64,000 bases of DNA from Octopus vulgaris (taxonomy: Eukaryota). The notes beneath the pieces are model-generated. The model searched no databases. It saw only the letters and a program-made list of their open reading frames with translations, and was not told the origin of the DNA. The translations under genes and the position numbers were made by a program. The stretch lies in the NCBI GenBank assembly GCA_951406725.2, contig OX597817.1, positions 23,436,001 through 23,500,000 on the forward strand, in the 5' to 3' direction. Positions 27,131 to 42,279 of the stretch are shown piece after piece; position 1 is the stretch's first letter, and the number at the start of each line of letters is the position of its first letter.

Positions 27131-27937
27131 TAAATTGCTATACTCAACCTTTATAACCACAATAACAGCATGTCTCTTCATTTCTTGAGTATACTGAGGG
27201 TCTGCCATTATTATTTTCTGAAACAAAGATTATACAAAGTTAGCAAAAATGCAGCAATGAACCAAAACAGGTATGTCCTCAAATACCTTACGCACCCTAT
27301 ATACACATATGCACGTGTGTGTGTGAGTGTATGTGAGTATACACATACACATCTGAGCGTTTCTGTGTGCATAATTGTATATGTGCGTGTGTTTATGCAG
27401 TTGATGGCTTAAAAAAGACGTTTACCAAAATTAGGAGGTACATATTTTAATTATATGAAGTGGTCGGCTCAGCAATTTCATAATACCATACTGTTTGTGA
27501 ACCTCAAGCTTGTGAATCAAACTGTTTCGCCAGAAACTCGTTAGTTTAGATTTTACTAAGTGAACTAGCATATCTTCCTTTAAAATTTACTAAACAATTC
27601 TCTTTGTGTAATTACTCACCCGATTTCCCCTATTTCCTTCTGTAGACAGTTCATGTGCATGAACAAACAGGGGAAAATACTCAAAATACAGTCTTCTTTC
27701 TCCATGCTAGTTATGTATATGAAACAATAGTTTAGAGAAGTGTGGTTCCTACTAATGTGTTCCCGCTTTCATACATCTTATCTACATTTTATACTTATAT
27801 GCAGTTTACTAGTATTGCTAGAAAACGTTTATTCATATAAATGTAGTAACTGATTTTTGCCTTTCCATTCAAAACAGTCACGTACTTTTATACATTGTAT
27901 CATTTTATGTGCTAAGATATTGCAAAACTACTCTTCC

Positions 27938-27990
<53 letters not shown>

Positions 27991-27991
27991 C

Positions 27992-28024
<33 letters not shown>

Positions 28025-28100
28025 ATATTTATGTGTGTGTGTGTATTTCGTTTGGGGATTTGGTTTGCAAAATTCTTTATGTGAGATCGTGTGTTGAAGC

Positions 28101-28192
<92 letters not shown>

Positions 28193-28265
28193 TATATATA
28201 TGTAAATACATATATATGTATATATAGTATATATATATATATGTATATGTATATATGTATATAGA
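27938..28265. repeat. (TA)n/(TG)n microsatellites
   Basis: Read directly. Confidence 0.9.
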
Positions 28266-28365
28266 GAGAGAAAGGCAGAATGCCACTTAAATCTGAACAC
28301 TACTATAGAAATATTCTTTTAAAAAAACTTTTCTTCTAATTTTTCTAAATTTAATTATTTAATCG

Positions 28366-28409
28366 TTACAGTTGAAAAGGTCTCAAAATGACCGAAACCG
28401 GTACTGAAA
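28366..28409 (+). ncRNA. Minimal hammerhead-like motif with U3-A8 core variant
   Basis: cag-TTGAAAA-ggtc[tcaaaat]gacc-GAAAC-cg-GTA-ctg: all three stems are satisfied. Confidence 0.6.
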
Positions 28410-28548
28410 TGTTCACTATAAAATTAGTTTAGCATTTTCTATTTTTGACTTGTTTTTTCATATATATATATATATATATATAAATATATGTATATATATA
28501 TGTATGTATATATATATATTTATATATGTGTTTATACGTATATATGAG

Positions 28549-28587
<39 letters not shown>

Positions 28588-29040
28588 GTATATGTATATA
28601 TATATATGTATGATATATATATATACATGCGCGCATGTGAAAAGCAACACCATATTTATGCGGATGAATATTCCATTGCATGTATAGGGGAAGGGATGTG
28701 TGTTTTAAAGCAGCGTGCCTAATTTGTACCATCGTAAACTTTTGTTGTCAACGAATGAAACTATCTGATGATTGCGAGAAAGAAATGTAGCACAGATACA
28801 CTAACCTTACAAAACTAGTGGATCACACTTTAACATTATCTTAGCGGATTTTTCACCTATAATCGTTTAGCACATTTCCCTATTAATACAATAGTGAACG
28901 TTATTCTTTAACTGGTTTTGATGCGTTATCCATTTTCTTTTTATTTCCTTATTTTCGCTGGAACATTTATCTGACTGTCACTCTGACGCTGCTTTTATCT
29001 ATTCGACCTTACACTATCTCTCTTTTCCACGCAATCACTT

Positions 29041-29072
<32 letters not shown>

Positions 29073-29214
29073 GTAGATACATACATGCATACATACATGC
29101 TCTCAGTCACACTTACACTTGCACACAAGCGTGTGCATGTATATATATACATACATACATACATAAATATATGTATATATGTATATATGTATGTATGGAT
29201 GCATGGATACAGAT

Positions 29215-29258
<44 letters not shown>

Positions 29259-29262
<4 letters not shown>

Positions 29263-29370
29263 GGAGAAATCACAAAAAAACAAATAAAAGACAGGTGGTG
29301 TAGACAACAAACGTGTATGAGCTTAACCCTCGGGAACTGAAAAAGACTTCAATGTTTCGAGCCTATGCTC
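29259..29370 (-). mobile_element. Penelope pLTR-like repeat (family H), truncated
   Basis: gacaggtggtgtagacaacaaac is shared with 56125/62157; contains gagc-atag-gctc-GAAAC on the minus strand. Confidence 0.6.
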
Positions 29371-30394
29371 AAATAAAGATAGAAATAAGGGACAAGAAAA
29401 GGGAATCTTCTATAATTCAAGAAGTTCAGAAAATTGACATTTACCATTTAACTTGAATACGTGTTATTTTTAAGTGTTTGGACCAGGAGGATGTCCGTGT
29501 GTTGTTATGTCAATTTGTTCACGATTCCTTATTGAGAGTTTGACCAAAAGGGTTTTTTTTTATATCTTTTAATGCTATTTATTACAATTGCGGATTGTAG
29601 ACAATACTTCATCCTGGTATAACCCCCACCGGCTAATTGAAGAAACTCCCGATTTAGGTACTTTATATTCCCACCACATTTGTCCCCACAGCGGATTCAC
29701 TTGATCCCACAATGATATCGAAATCGTTGATCCTATACTAACCTAGTCCAAAGCTTAACCTCACATTCAATAATTGTTTTCCTAGCTTCTAATATAATGT
29801 CAGTTTCGTTCATAAATGTTCTACAGTTTTCCTCGCAAAAATTAGTGTCCTATTTAGAAGGGTGGGTGGAAGCATAGTGGAAATACATATTTCAGTGAAT
29901 CTAGTAGTTTTCTTACGCTTAATATCCTAAAACCGCTGCAGATCCGCAAACGAATTTGTCTGTGAATCCAATTTAATTCTTTTCCAAAGCGTGGGTAACT
30001 GCTTAGTTATACTTTACTCAATCTTCCTAGATCTGACTAGGACAGGCTAATGAGCTAACGGTGGGATATGCAGCAAAGTTTGACTGATGGCCTTTGAAGC
30101 TGATACCTGGTTCCTGAGCGAAATAAGCTGAACATTGGGTTAGTATCAATTACAGCTCACAAAACAAAAATATAAATGTCAATAACAATCTCACAACACA
30201 AACATACAACAGCGTCGGCTACGCTGGCCCCTAGTGTCAACATTCCACCTTGATATGCCAATCGGTCCAGCATGTTGATTCTCTTTTGATGTAGAGCTGA
30301 ACCTTGTATTCTTGGCAACATACGGCTGATTAGACTGTTTTGAGTAGATAATCCTTGTAATGAACACTGGGCTTATAGCCACTACACTTTTTTG

Positions 30395-30562
30395 ACTCCT
30401 TGTTCCTCTCTTTGCTTTGTTTTTTTCTGTGTCCCTTTCTGTAGAAGAGTGTGGGCCCGAAACGTAAAATATTTTTCCAATTCCTGAGCGTTATACTAAT
30501 ACATCTGTTTATTTTCTACACCACCCGTCTTCGTCTTTTGTTTTTTCGTGAACTCTCCCTAT
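30395..30562 (+). mobile_element. Penelope pLTR-like repeat (family H) with HHR-like motif at 30435-30470
   Basis: cttt-CTGTAGA-a-gagt[gtgg]gccc-GAAAC-GTA-aaa; inverted relative to the 29259 copy. Confidence 0.65.
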
Positions 30563-33289
30563 GATTAAGATTAAATTGAATTCAGTTGTGCCTTCAAGTT
30601 AGTGTTCAATACGTTATTCTAGTGTATAGTTTTCTTATATTACAGTTTAGAGTTCACCTTACAGTTGTTACTACCTAATAATTGATCAAATATGATGTTT
30701 ACCATAGCCTTATTTACATATTCACTCCGATATTTCTTCTAAAGAAATATTATAAATATCAGTGTATCACTGTCTCGTCCAAACTATACATCACTGTGTT
30801 AATGTCTTGCATTGTTGTAACTCTCGAGTGATTCCATTCTGCCTACTAAACAGGGAAACCACTTAAAAATATACTGATGTTTATTATGAGTAAAAATGGA
30901 AAAAATCAAGAAGCAGAAACAGAAATTTATCACTCTCTTACAGATCGAGTTTAACTTTTCATTTATAAAACCATAACTCAATGCAAATGAGGCGAATCGT
31001 CTCTTGTAAACGTGCAAAACCTTATTACAATAATAAAATCCAGTGAAGATCTGGACGAATAAAATGTAAAGTAGCTTGCAGTCAATATATTTGCTTTGTT
31101 CAAAGAGCTACTTATAAAGTACTGAACATACCCTGTGATGAGTACAATGCTGCTGAATTTATATGATTACTTTATACTTTTGTCATTGTCACTGGATCTA
31201 ATCGTTTTATAACTATTCAACAAGAACAGAGGAAGCAATATTTTCATCTAATTAAGGAGTTGTGAAGCTAGATAATTTAACTACGTTGCGGTTAAATATT
31301 TAGTTATTGTTTCAGTGGATTAACAGAGAAAGTGAGGCAGAGAGATAGGGAGAGAGACAGACAGACTGACTGACAGACAGAGAGTATCTTAACAACCTTC
31401 AAATTATAAAGCACTTTTAAAATACTACATTCATAGATCTACGGTGGCCCTTCCTAATACTTCATTTTATTTTGGTATATCTCGTGTTTTGCGAAAACCC
31501 ATTAACCATTAAAGATCTGTCCAATTTAATGGAAGATATGGAGTCTGCAAATGCTGTCGAATCCCTTACTAACTATACTTTTCGTTGCAAAGATAATCAC
31601 GACTCCATGCTTCATATACGATAATGATCTTATCATAGCTAATATGAAACTCAAGTATTGCTGGGTAATAAGAATTTAGTAACTGCCAATGTCATCATGC
31701 TTATACTTACAAAAGTACGGTAATATCTACGTCATAGAATCAACCACTTGCTTCAGCGTCTGTGAGTGATAGTCTAAGTTGTGTTTAGAATATTTTACTG
31801 TTACCACCTATATCCAATTTAAGGATGTTTTTAAACCTACAAGGAAAATTTCGGCGACACACCGACTAGTATCATTATCATATAAAGTGCGGGGCATCTA
31901 ATGTTCACTATTTGTGTTTAATCCCGGAATCCCAGAATAGATTTTCGTGCAGTATTTATATTTCTTAAAACTCCAGAGTTAATTGTCTTATAATTACGTG
32001 TGAATTTTATGTTATATAGTGTGGCATGTATTGTGAACAAGATGGTATAGTATATGTTTTCAGATTTTACGACGTTGCAAAGCAAGTAAGGATTATGCGA
32101 GAAATGCTTAAGTCGTTTCTGGAATTATTGCTAGAAGTAATTCCTGTTCCTATTGATCTTGATTCATTTTATCACAGAGAATAAAACTGCTTCAAAAGCG
32201 ATATCAGGATATGGGTTAGGGGGTGTATATTATACATCCTCATTATGTAATTCTGTTGGTGGTTGATAGTTATGTCTCTGGTGGGAACGCTGGTCGTAAA
32301 AGAAAGCACGCTATCTCATGCATTTAGTGAAAGCAACGATTCTCTCTATAAAAAGATTGAAGAAGAATTTTCTAGTCGGCATAACCATGTAATTCATCGA
32401 GATATTCGTTTCTTCAAATTCTGCTGTCACTCAAAGTGATAATGAAATATTCTACTCACAGAAGTTTCCTTTCAAGTTATTCCTTAATATATACATGTAT
32501 GTGTGCGTGTGTGGTTGTATGTGAGTGTGTGCACGTGCGTCTTTGTGAGTGTGTATATGTGTATATACATACCTATATTTAACATCATACACACACACAT
32601 ATATACATATGAGTCTGTGGTTAATTATATTTGACATATTTATAGTTTTGCATTTCTATATCACCGAGCCGCAATAAATGAATAAATAAATAAATAACAC
32701 GGACCCGCTAATTAGTAGGTCCGAGAACGTACCTTAAACTAGAAATGAAATATGCCAATTCCGATCTAACTTGACCGAATCCCGTGGTAAAAGAAATATA
32801 CACGTGGTATTTTGTACGATAAGAATAAGTGCATGTATACAACATGAATACTGTTTCCCTGTCAGATACGTGATACATTTGTACATACAGTGATCCTTCG
32901 CCATATCTTGGTTCACCTATCGCGGTTTATCATTTGAGCTTACGTCGATTCCTCTGCGGTGTTGTTTTCCATTTATAATAAAATAAATGTATAAACATTA
33001 TAGAAATAATAAAAGACAAAATACAGTACAGTACTGTTTCTACGTGTGGGTTCTTGGAACGTAACACATGTCATAGTCGAGGGATAACTGTATATCGTAG
33101 AATATTCGATATCAAGTTAACCTCAATCTTGTTTGATTGTGAATTTACTTCCACAAACCAAATATTTGGCAACATATAAACATTACGGTACGCGGAATTT
33201 TGAGAAAAAATATTGTGGATGGGACAGCATCGTGCCATATATGATTAAATATATGGTAAGAAGTTAACGAATATTGGTTCTATTAACAT

Positions 33290-33660
33290 CATTGGTATGT
33301 ATATCAAATGGGGCTATTTTTTGTAAACCACAAAGGAAAAAATATAGAAGAATTACAAAGTCAAAGAACGTTCTGTGAAAATTTGCTTAACAGATTCAAA
33401 GGCTATACGTAATCTATAATATAAAAAAACTATCTCAAAATCCTTTTTTTTTCCTGGTTGGATTTTTTTCAGTTCATCGGTGAATGTCTTTGTCGCTATT
33501 TTGTATATTGTGTTGAGAAGGATTATAAGGCGATGTGTTGTTAGTCTTCCCTATTTCTGTTTCTATGTAGCTGATAGTTTATTGCATTGTGCCAAGTTTT
33601 ATAGATTTTGCTTTGCTTGAGGCGAGTGGTGAAAAGATTGGCAAGTTGCTTTAGATTAGC
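33290..33660 (-). pseudogene. RTE-like reverse transcriptase relic
   Basis: LKQLANLFTTRLKQSKIYKTWHNA...LLNTIYKI...IDY..AFESV. Confidence 0.6.
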
Positions 33661-34140
33661 TTTACCAGGATCTTGTTTAAACTTGCATGCATGCATGCAT
33701 TTATGTATGTGCTCGCAAACTCACATACACATATACATAGGAACATGTATATATAACAAACATTAAAAGACATACACAAACGCACACACTCATATGAGAT
33801 ACCATATACGTGCGTTGGTGTGTATATGCGTTTAGTGGAATACATTTTGGAAACTTTATACCTGGCGCTAGTAAATATGAACGTGTAGCGAAAGAGGTTC
33901 CATATAAAAAAAAGAACTCAATATTTCTACTGTTCAATAATTGGTATCTCACACAATGCGCCGATGAGGTGCAACTTCCAGAATATTCATTTAAGATGAC
34001 TGGTTACATAAAAATAATTATATATAGATATGCATGTTCATGTATGTAGCTCTGGCAATAAGAGGTGAGAATGTATATATCTCTGTGGAATATGTTTTCT
34101 TCCACTTGTGACCGATACTCCTCCAAGCCGCGGGAGTAGA

Positions 34141-34817
34141 AAATTATATAAATGTCAATGTCTTTATGCGTGTTCGTGTGTTACTTATAGACTCGAAAAC
34201 TACTGTACCGATTCTAATGAAATTTGGAACACAAAATCCAAGCCTAGGGAGAAGGGTAATGCCGTATGTTTCATGCAATTTCATGGATCAAAATAACTGA
34301 ATGGATCCTTATGATATTTGGAATTTAGATTCAATGCATAAGGGTGAGTATAATGCAGTATGTTTGGTTTGAATTTGAGGTGGCTTTTTCGATAATGATG
34401 AAATTTCAATCACAGGTAATTGATAAACATCAATAAGTATTCCAAAAGTTTTCGCTTCTCGCGAGGATTCTAAGACCCCCTGATGGCCTTAACTCCCAAA
34501 TTTTAGTCATTTCTTATGATCTAAAGCTAGGTCAACAGTACTGAATGGATCTTTATTTAATTTGGAATTTATATTCTATCTATAAGGACAGATGTAATGC
34601 AGTATATGCTTGAAAGTGAAGGGGCATAACTGAGGCCATAACCCCCATGAAAATTCATATATTTTTGCTGTTGATGAAATTTTGACAATAGATATTAGAT
34701 ACAAATGAAGTAATATTCCTAAATTTTCAACTTCTTACGAGTTAGTAAGATCCTTTAATGGTGGTTTAACCCCCACAATTTAGTCATTTTTCCTAACCGG
34801 GACGAATACAATTCTAG
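34141..34817 (+). mobile_element. Non-autonomous Helitron-like element with ~245-bp internal direct repeat
   Basis: The 5' part has tatataaa...gtgtg...aaaactactgtaccgattctaatgaaatttgg (typical 5' motif); repeats start at 34296 and 34540; ends CTAG|T at 34817. Confidence 0.55.
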
Positions 34818-34979
34818 TCTTCGAAGCTGCTGAATCACTCGAGCATACAAGATGAGCGTTTTTTGTAATTCAATGGTACAACAGTGTATGTGTTTGCTTT
34901 GACATGCACTTACATTGTAATTTCTGCAATGTGATGCATAAATTGTCAAGTAAAGGAGAGGCATTTTTGCCTCCACTGA

Positions 34980-35420
34980 TTCAGTTGCAAATGTTATTTT
35001 AAGTAGAGTAATTTGGTTGCAGACCTCCTTTCAGTCTTTTTATTATCACTGGGTTAGAGATAGTTCCAAGGTGGTAGCATTCACTTCAAGGCCTTTCCAG
35101 ATAAGTGATTGGTCATTCAAATAGATTTATAGATTGCAAATTTTATCTGTTCAGTTACTTATCGGCATAGTTGTCATCGGCAAATTCCAGAGGTGACACT
35201 TTCATTTCCCTTTAGCCCTCACGTCACACAATTGTTAATGTTTATTTGAGCTGGATCACAACTTTCCAATTGATGTAGATCTGTAATGCATCTTACGGCT
35301 GTCCCGGACACCTGCATGGTGAGGAATCCTTGATTTGGGAATAGTAACGACTAGGGAGGGTAGCAGACTACTTATTGTGATCATTTCTCTTTGGGTTTCC
35401 TGTAGCTTTTCTGTTGCTCT
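34980..35420 (-). pseudogene. Non-LTR RT relic (RTE-like)
   Basis: LEFADD catalytic motif on the minus strand near 35170-35195; the rest is degenerate. Confidence 0.4.
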
Positions 35421-35483
35421 CTTTTACAAACCCTGTGAACATTCATATATTTCTGATTTTAAAGAAATTTGAACAATTGATAT

Positions 35484-35836
35484 GAGTTAATCAGCTTGTG
35501 CGTGAGGATCGTCGGAGGACATTCACTGACATCTATGAAGGCAATCTTAACGGCTTAATTCTTCATGATGACAATGCATTATGTCACCAGGTTCTCCTCA
35601 CTCGTGAATACGGCCACGAACAACAGATTATACCTTCTGTACCCACCCTATTCGTCAGATTTAGCACCCGCGCCACATCCATCTCACCCCCAAGAGGAAA
35701 CTTCAGCTCAAAGGCTGCTGTTTTAACACCGTTGTCGAGATAAAGAGCGAATCCCAGGAGATGACGTGAAAACGTAAGCTCTGTTTGTTTTTTGTTAAAT
35801 ATTATTAGTCCTGGAAATCTTTGATACCACCTCGTA
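35484..35836 (+). mobile_element. Mariner relic with right TIR
   Basis: LVREDRRRT, LILHDDNA, PYSSDLAP; ends agtcctggaaatcttttgataccacctcgTA. Confidence 0.8.
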
Positions 35837-35944
35837 CATATTTCTTAACACTATCCTAATTCGTACTAACATTATATTTTTTCGATTAGTTTCATCAATA
35901 TATTCCAATGTTTTCCCATTAACAACACTAACTAATATTGCTCA

Positions 35945-36368
35945 TAGGCGCAGGAGTGGCTGTGTGGTAAGTAGCTTGCTTACCACCCACATGGTTCCGG
36001 GTTCAGTCCCGCTGCGTGGCACCTTGGGCAAGTGTCTTCTACTATAGCCCCGGGCCGACCAATGCCTTGTGAGTGGATTTGGTAGACGGAAACTGAAAGA
36101 AGCCCGTCGTATATATGTATATATATATATGTGTGTGTGTGTGCGTGTATGTTTGTGTGTCTGTGTTTGTCCCCCTAGCATTGCTTGACAACCGATGCTG
36201 GTGTGTTTATGTCCCCGTCACTTAGCGGTTCGGCAAAAGAGACCGATAGAATAAGTACTGGGCTTACAAAGAATAAGTCCCGGGGTCGAGAACCTCGACT
36301 AAAGGCGGTGCTCCAGCATGCCGCAGTCAACTGACTGAAAAAAGTAAAAGAGTAAAAGAGTAAAGAGT
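35945..36368 (+). mobile_element. SINE family B, full length
   Basis: Colinear with the other copies; (gtaaaaga)n tail. Confidence 0.92.
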
Positions 36369-37051
36369 CTGTCTTCCTTTATTTCATCCTAAGTTTTTAC
36401 ATTCATTCGTATTTACTTTCACTTTCTTTTTCGTCTTCTGGATATTCATTTCTATATTTCATAAACACAATATCTACAAACCTTTCCCGAGATTCATTAT
36501 TTTCTCTCTACTATTTTAAACTTTAGAATATTAACGATAACTGTAGGTTTTCAATCTATATCAAACTATATATAATCTTTTCTTCCAATACCATAATTCA
36601 CTGTTTACGATTTAATATTTTGCTAAATCTCCCGCCTCCCTCTTATAGTAAAACGCTTTATTAATTTTATTACTTATTGTCTGCCATATATCAATATTTT
36701 CAAAGTTGACACAGCGTTTGTTGAAAAATATATTATGTTGAATGAAAGTAACTAAAATATTCTTTGACCTGATGACCAAGCAACTTTACCTGTATTAATT
36801 TATAAATTATACAATTCTGCTATATAATTTATACTATATACTTTCATACAGGCAATATAAAATAATTCATTCCATACAGTTCTATATTTAAGAGACGAAG
36901 AATTATGCACATTACTTACATTATTTATATTTGACGGATATTTGTCCTCATCTTCTTTGTTAACACAACGTCGGCTGATATACCCTCCAGCCTTCATCAG
37001 GTGTCTTGCAGAATTTCAAACCTGGGTTCTTATTCCTAAGGTATTTTTCGA

Positions 37052-38025
<974 letters not shown>

Positions 38026-38071
38026 TGTAAAATAACTTAGGAATGCGAACCAGGTTCGAAATTTCCCCCAA

Positions 38072-38117
38072 GACACCTGATGAAGGCTGGAGGGTATATC
38101 AGCCGAAACGTTGTGTT
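38072..38117 (+). ncRNA. Minimal type-I hammerhead ribozyme
   Basis: gacac-CTGATGA-a-ggctg[gagggtatat]cagcc-GAAAC-GTT-gtgtt: 5-bp stem I, 5-bp stem II, palindromic ACGT stem III. Confidence 0.8.
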
Positions 38118-38443
38118 AACAACAAACAAGATGAGGACATTTCCGTCAAATGCAAATAATGTATATGAAATTCATTTCATATTATACACTAAAATAATTT
38201 CTTTTTTATATGATAAATGCTGCGAAACAATCATCGTTAAATGAATATGAAATAAATATATTTATCATATACGTCTTTTTCTTTATATTCTATGCTCTTC
38301 TAATGAAATAACCATTACCAAATTGTTTATTGGTTTCTCGGAATATACAAAATAAGCCTTTGTTTTGTTTTGTTTATTATGTGGTTCACAGTATGATCCA
38401 CTAAAGTACATTTTTTATGAGTACTGAACATTAAATTTAGATA

Positions 38444-38480
<37 letters not shown>

Positions 38481-38952
38481 CTTATTAAAGTTCGTGCAGC
38501 TGAAGAGAGTACTGCAATTAAATTAACGTAATGAATGCAATGTTCAATAAAATGGAGTCGCTTGAAACTGTCGTACTGCATTACTACTTGACATGCTGTT
38601 GCTTATTTTGATATATATGTATATATATGTGTGTGTTTGTGGGTGTGAAAGTATGTATGCATGCGTATATGTGTGTGCGCATGTATAAAAATATGCATAA
38701 ACTTCTATTCCCAATATGAAAATACTCTTTGAAAAAGTTTATACTTACGAGAAATATTTTAGTCTACCGTTTCTTCCTAGAGAAATACAGTTGTATATGC
38801 CTAATTTGCTATAATAATAAGCGGAATGTGGTTAAATAAATAATTATTAGATTTCATTATATCCCATGAGTGCCTTGTGTAATTACATTACGTTATATTA
38901 AACATGAAAAGATTTTAGCGTGAACATAATTAGCAAGGATACATGGTTGAAG

Positions 38953-39015
<63 letters not shown>

Positions 39016-39096
39016 TTATGTATATCTATAGTCATATATATATAGAGAGAGAGATATATAGTCATATATATACATATATATGTAAGTATATTTATA

Positions 39097-39145
<49 letters not shown>

Positions 39146-39639
39146 GCACCTCGCTACCTAGCTACCAACGTATGTATGTGTGTGTGTGTGTGTGTGTGTG
39201 TGCATATTTGTGTCTCATTTCACACCGATTTACAACAGGGGTGCTGAAAAGTTCCTGGCTTTAAAAGTATCGCGCAAAAGGAAAGGTTATTTCTACTCAG
39301 ATGATGGAGGCTCAATTTCTAACACGTTTATTGCTTCCATTACGGCATGCATATTGTGATGAAATAGATGTACCAATATTATGATGATTCTCCCAGCCCC
39401 TAGAAAAACCTGCTCATCCCCTTTAATATTCTTCCCCTTTGATCTTCTCTGGCTTTTCATCTATTACTATAAATATCTACATATTTATAATTCAAGCTCT
39501 GATTTCTCTCATTTTGCCTGTATACATATATACATATTTTGTGTATCAAAACAAATCTGTTTTATGTAATTTGTTTATCCGTACAATTGCCTCTCTCTAT
39601 ATTCATCTTTCTCTCTCTCTCTCTTCCACCACGGCCAGC

Positions 39640-40318
39640 TAAGACGGCTCCGTAACCTAGTGCATTCGTTCCTTACTGTGCTTGAGAAAATCTACGAACA
39701 TCTCCTTGGTCTTGGCTACCGGATCAGCATTGGTGTTGCAGGCAGAGCGGTAGGTGTCTCACTCAACTGCACATTACACGTAGTAAACCATGGGGCTGGT
39801 GAAGTCGTAAAACATTATCCGACAACTACCTCCGAATTTTTCCAGAGGTATAGTAAGGTGCCAAATCTTCCTGCCACATATATGACTCTCCAACAGTAGC
39901 CTCCAGCAGTTTTACATAGCCGTTTGCATTGAGCATGAGGCCCTGTTGAAATAGGTAGTGCGGAATGATGTCAGTACTATTGAAGACGCACCCAAAGACC
40001 ATCACAGTTCCTACTGGCCACCGCTTTGTAGACTCTGTTACAGCTGTCCATGTCACATCTTACTGCCTGTAAAGTGTTCACAGAGATTTGAGTAGCAGTG
40101 ATGATGTCGGCATTTTGATACTTGACATGGATCATCATAATAAAGCAAATCCTTTCCAATATTCCGATGGCTTTCGGTTTTCCCTGTCAGCTAAGTCGTT
40201 CTTAACTTTCATTAATCTTTAAGCTCTCCAAAGGTATTAACTGTTCACCAACGTATCAAGTTGATCCTCAATGAAGGAGACATGAATTATCGTCAAATTC
40301 AACTCAAATACTCCATAT
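39640..40318 (-). mobile_element. Tc1/mariner superfamily (maT/DD37D-like) transposase relic
   Basis: TVMVFGCVFNSTDIIPHYLFQQGLMLNANGYVKLLE...YMWQEDLAPYYTS, then WLSDNVLRLHQ/FTSP-like segments. Confidence 0.75.
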
Positions 40319-40402
40319 ACGTCAGTAAAATATTTGATGCTGTTCAATAGGAATGGTTTTAACTACTGTGAATGTAAGTGGATCCATATTGCTTATCATT
40401 TA

Positions 40403-40847
40403 CTAGCAGTATGACCCGGCGTTGCTCGGGGGTTTTTTTCAGTTGCGCTTAAAACGGCAGTCTTTGATGCCGCGTTAACAAAGTTTTGACATAGTTTCAA
40501 TCTTTTTTGAAAAGTAAACATTTTGCATTATATAGCTTATTATTCTCTTTAAGTGATCATTTTCCTGGTTGAAATACACCGCAAAATGGTGACACAGAAG
40601 TCAAAATGTCGTAATAAATAGGGATTTTCATAGAACAAAATAACCTTTTTTATGTAAATAATTGTTGGTGTTAATATGGTCCGATTTGAATTTTTTCTTC
40701 TACGGAATCAAAACCAAGCCTTCTTCTATCATAATCTCAATTGTGGTCAAATTGCGCCGCAGGGTCTCGGAGGAGATAGTGTTAGTTGAAGGCTACCAAA
40801 CCTGCCACACACACACACACAGACAACTTCAGCTTTATATATAAAGA
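40403..40847 (-). mobile_element. Complete non-autonomous Helitron (445 bp)
   Basis: Minus strand: A|TCTTTATATATAAAG...cccgagcaacgccgggtcatactgCTAG|T, i.e. TC start, 3' hairpin, CTAG end and AT target site. Confidence 0.88.
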
Positions 40848-42279
40848 TTTGGAAGCAAGGAACAATATACTGACAACAGAAAATGCTACTTGCACTTCGC
40901 TAACAACTGGAGTTCATTCATATCCTAAGATTGGCAGCTCTATGTACGAAAGTGGAAGAACTAGACAAGAACTCGAAGGACAACACATGCATGTATTTCC
41001 AATTCAAAGGAGAAATAATGGATATACATACGTGCATACAATGAACATATGCTCTTGCATACACATGCGTAAATATACACAGATATTCATGAGCCCCCAT
41101 TTATTGCAAACATGGATACATATAACAATAACTTCGGGTGCTCTCTATCCGTTGTTTAACCAACAGGAATGTCATCACACTTACATAAAACATCACTTAA
41201 TATAGTTATTTAAACATCCTTACGCAGAAATAAATATGAGATAGAAATGCATGTAATTACACTGTGTAGAGGAGAAAATACTGTTGATATGTTGTGAAAT
41301 GTTATAAAGGGAAGAAAAATACGTATTGAAAATGCTAAACAAAGATGTTAGAATATTCGTTATGCAGAATTATGATCTTCGGCACGGCTTCCTGGTTAAC
41401 TGTGGATGTTTACTCTCTAGTAAGTAAATACATCATTTAAGTTTCCCCCTTTTAGGTCATAAAAGGGTATTCAATTTGGCAAGGAACATAGCGGTTAACA
41501 CGCTTTTCTGTCTATTTATGTTCCTGAGTATGATGGCTCACGTCCATGCGTAAAGAGCAAGTCTTTTAACACACTCATATCAATAGAATAAGTAATATAA
41601 ATGTACCACCATTCATGAATAATAATATCAATGAAGGATTAATATATTCATAATCATATACATAAGTAAATACGTTTTTTGCGTATACATAAAATTATGC
41701 AATTTATTGTAGTTACCTATGACATATTTCATAGTACAGCCATAAACATATTAAGAAAACACTCATGAAAATAGAGACTAAAAGGGAATAACATTAGGAT
41801 GGAAAAAAACAGGAAAGTGAAAATCCACTCCCAAAAATAATGACCTCTAATTAGATGTTAAAAATGATGATGCTGACCCAACATTTCTCTCTGGATTCAA
41901 TTTTATAAATATTCAGATTACTCGACTTCATTTCAGATAACTACCACACTCACAATTCAATTCCTAGTCTGCTGATAAAACAACAACCAGACGTCCTTCA
42001 AACAATACCTTCCCATATATGAAAGGAAAAAAATACTGTTGTAGTCCTAATTGCTAAGAAGTCGGCTGCAGAAAGAAATGCCTATGACATAGATGATTTC
42101 TGCCATCGAACTGTTCAGTCAGAATTCTTCTGTCGTTGTTGAAACTGTATAAATGTTAAAATAATTAATACATTTTAATTATACTGTCTAATGCTTCAGG
42201 TTTATATCCTAGTATCTTTCCCTGTAACATTCATCAACTTGATGTCTATAAGATAACTTCAACCAAGCACTGAACTCCA

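Noticed and set aside
39232-39275. Mariner-like TIR (ggggtgctgaaaagttcctggctt)
   Set aside because: Solitary short fragment with no partner or coding remnant identified.
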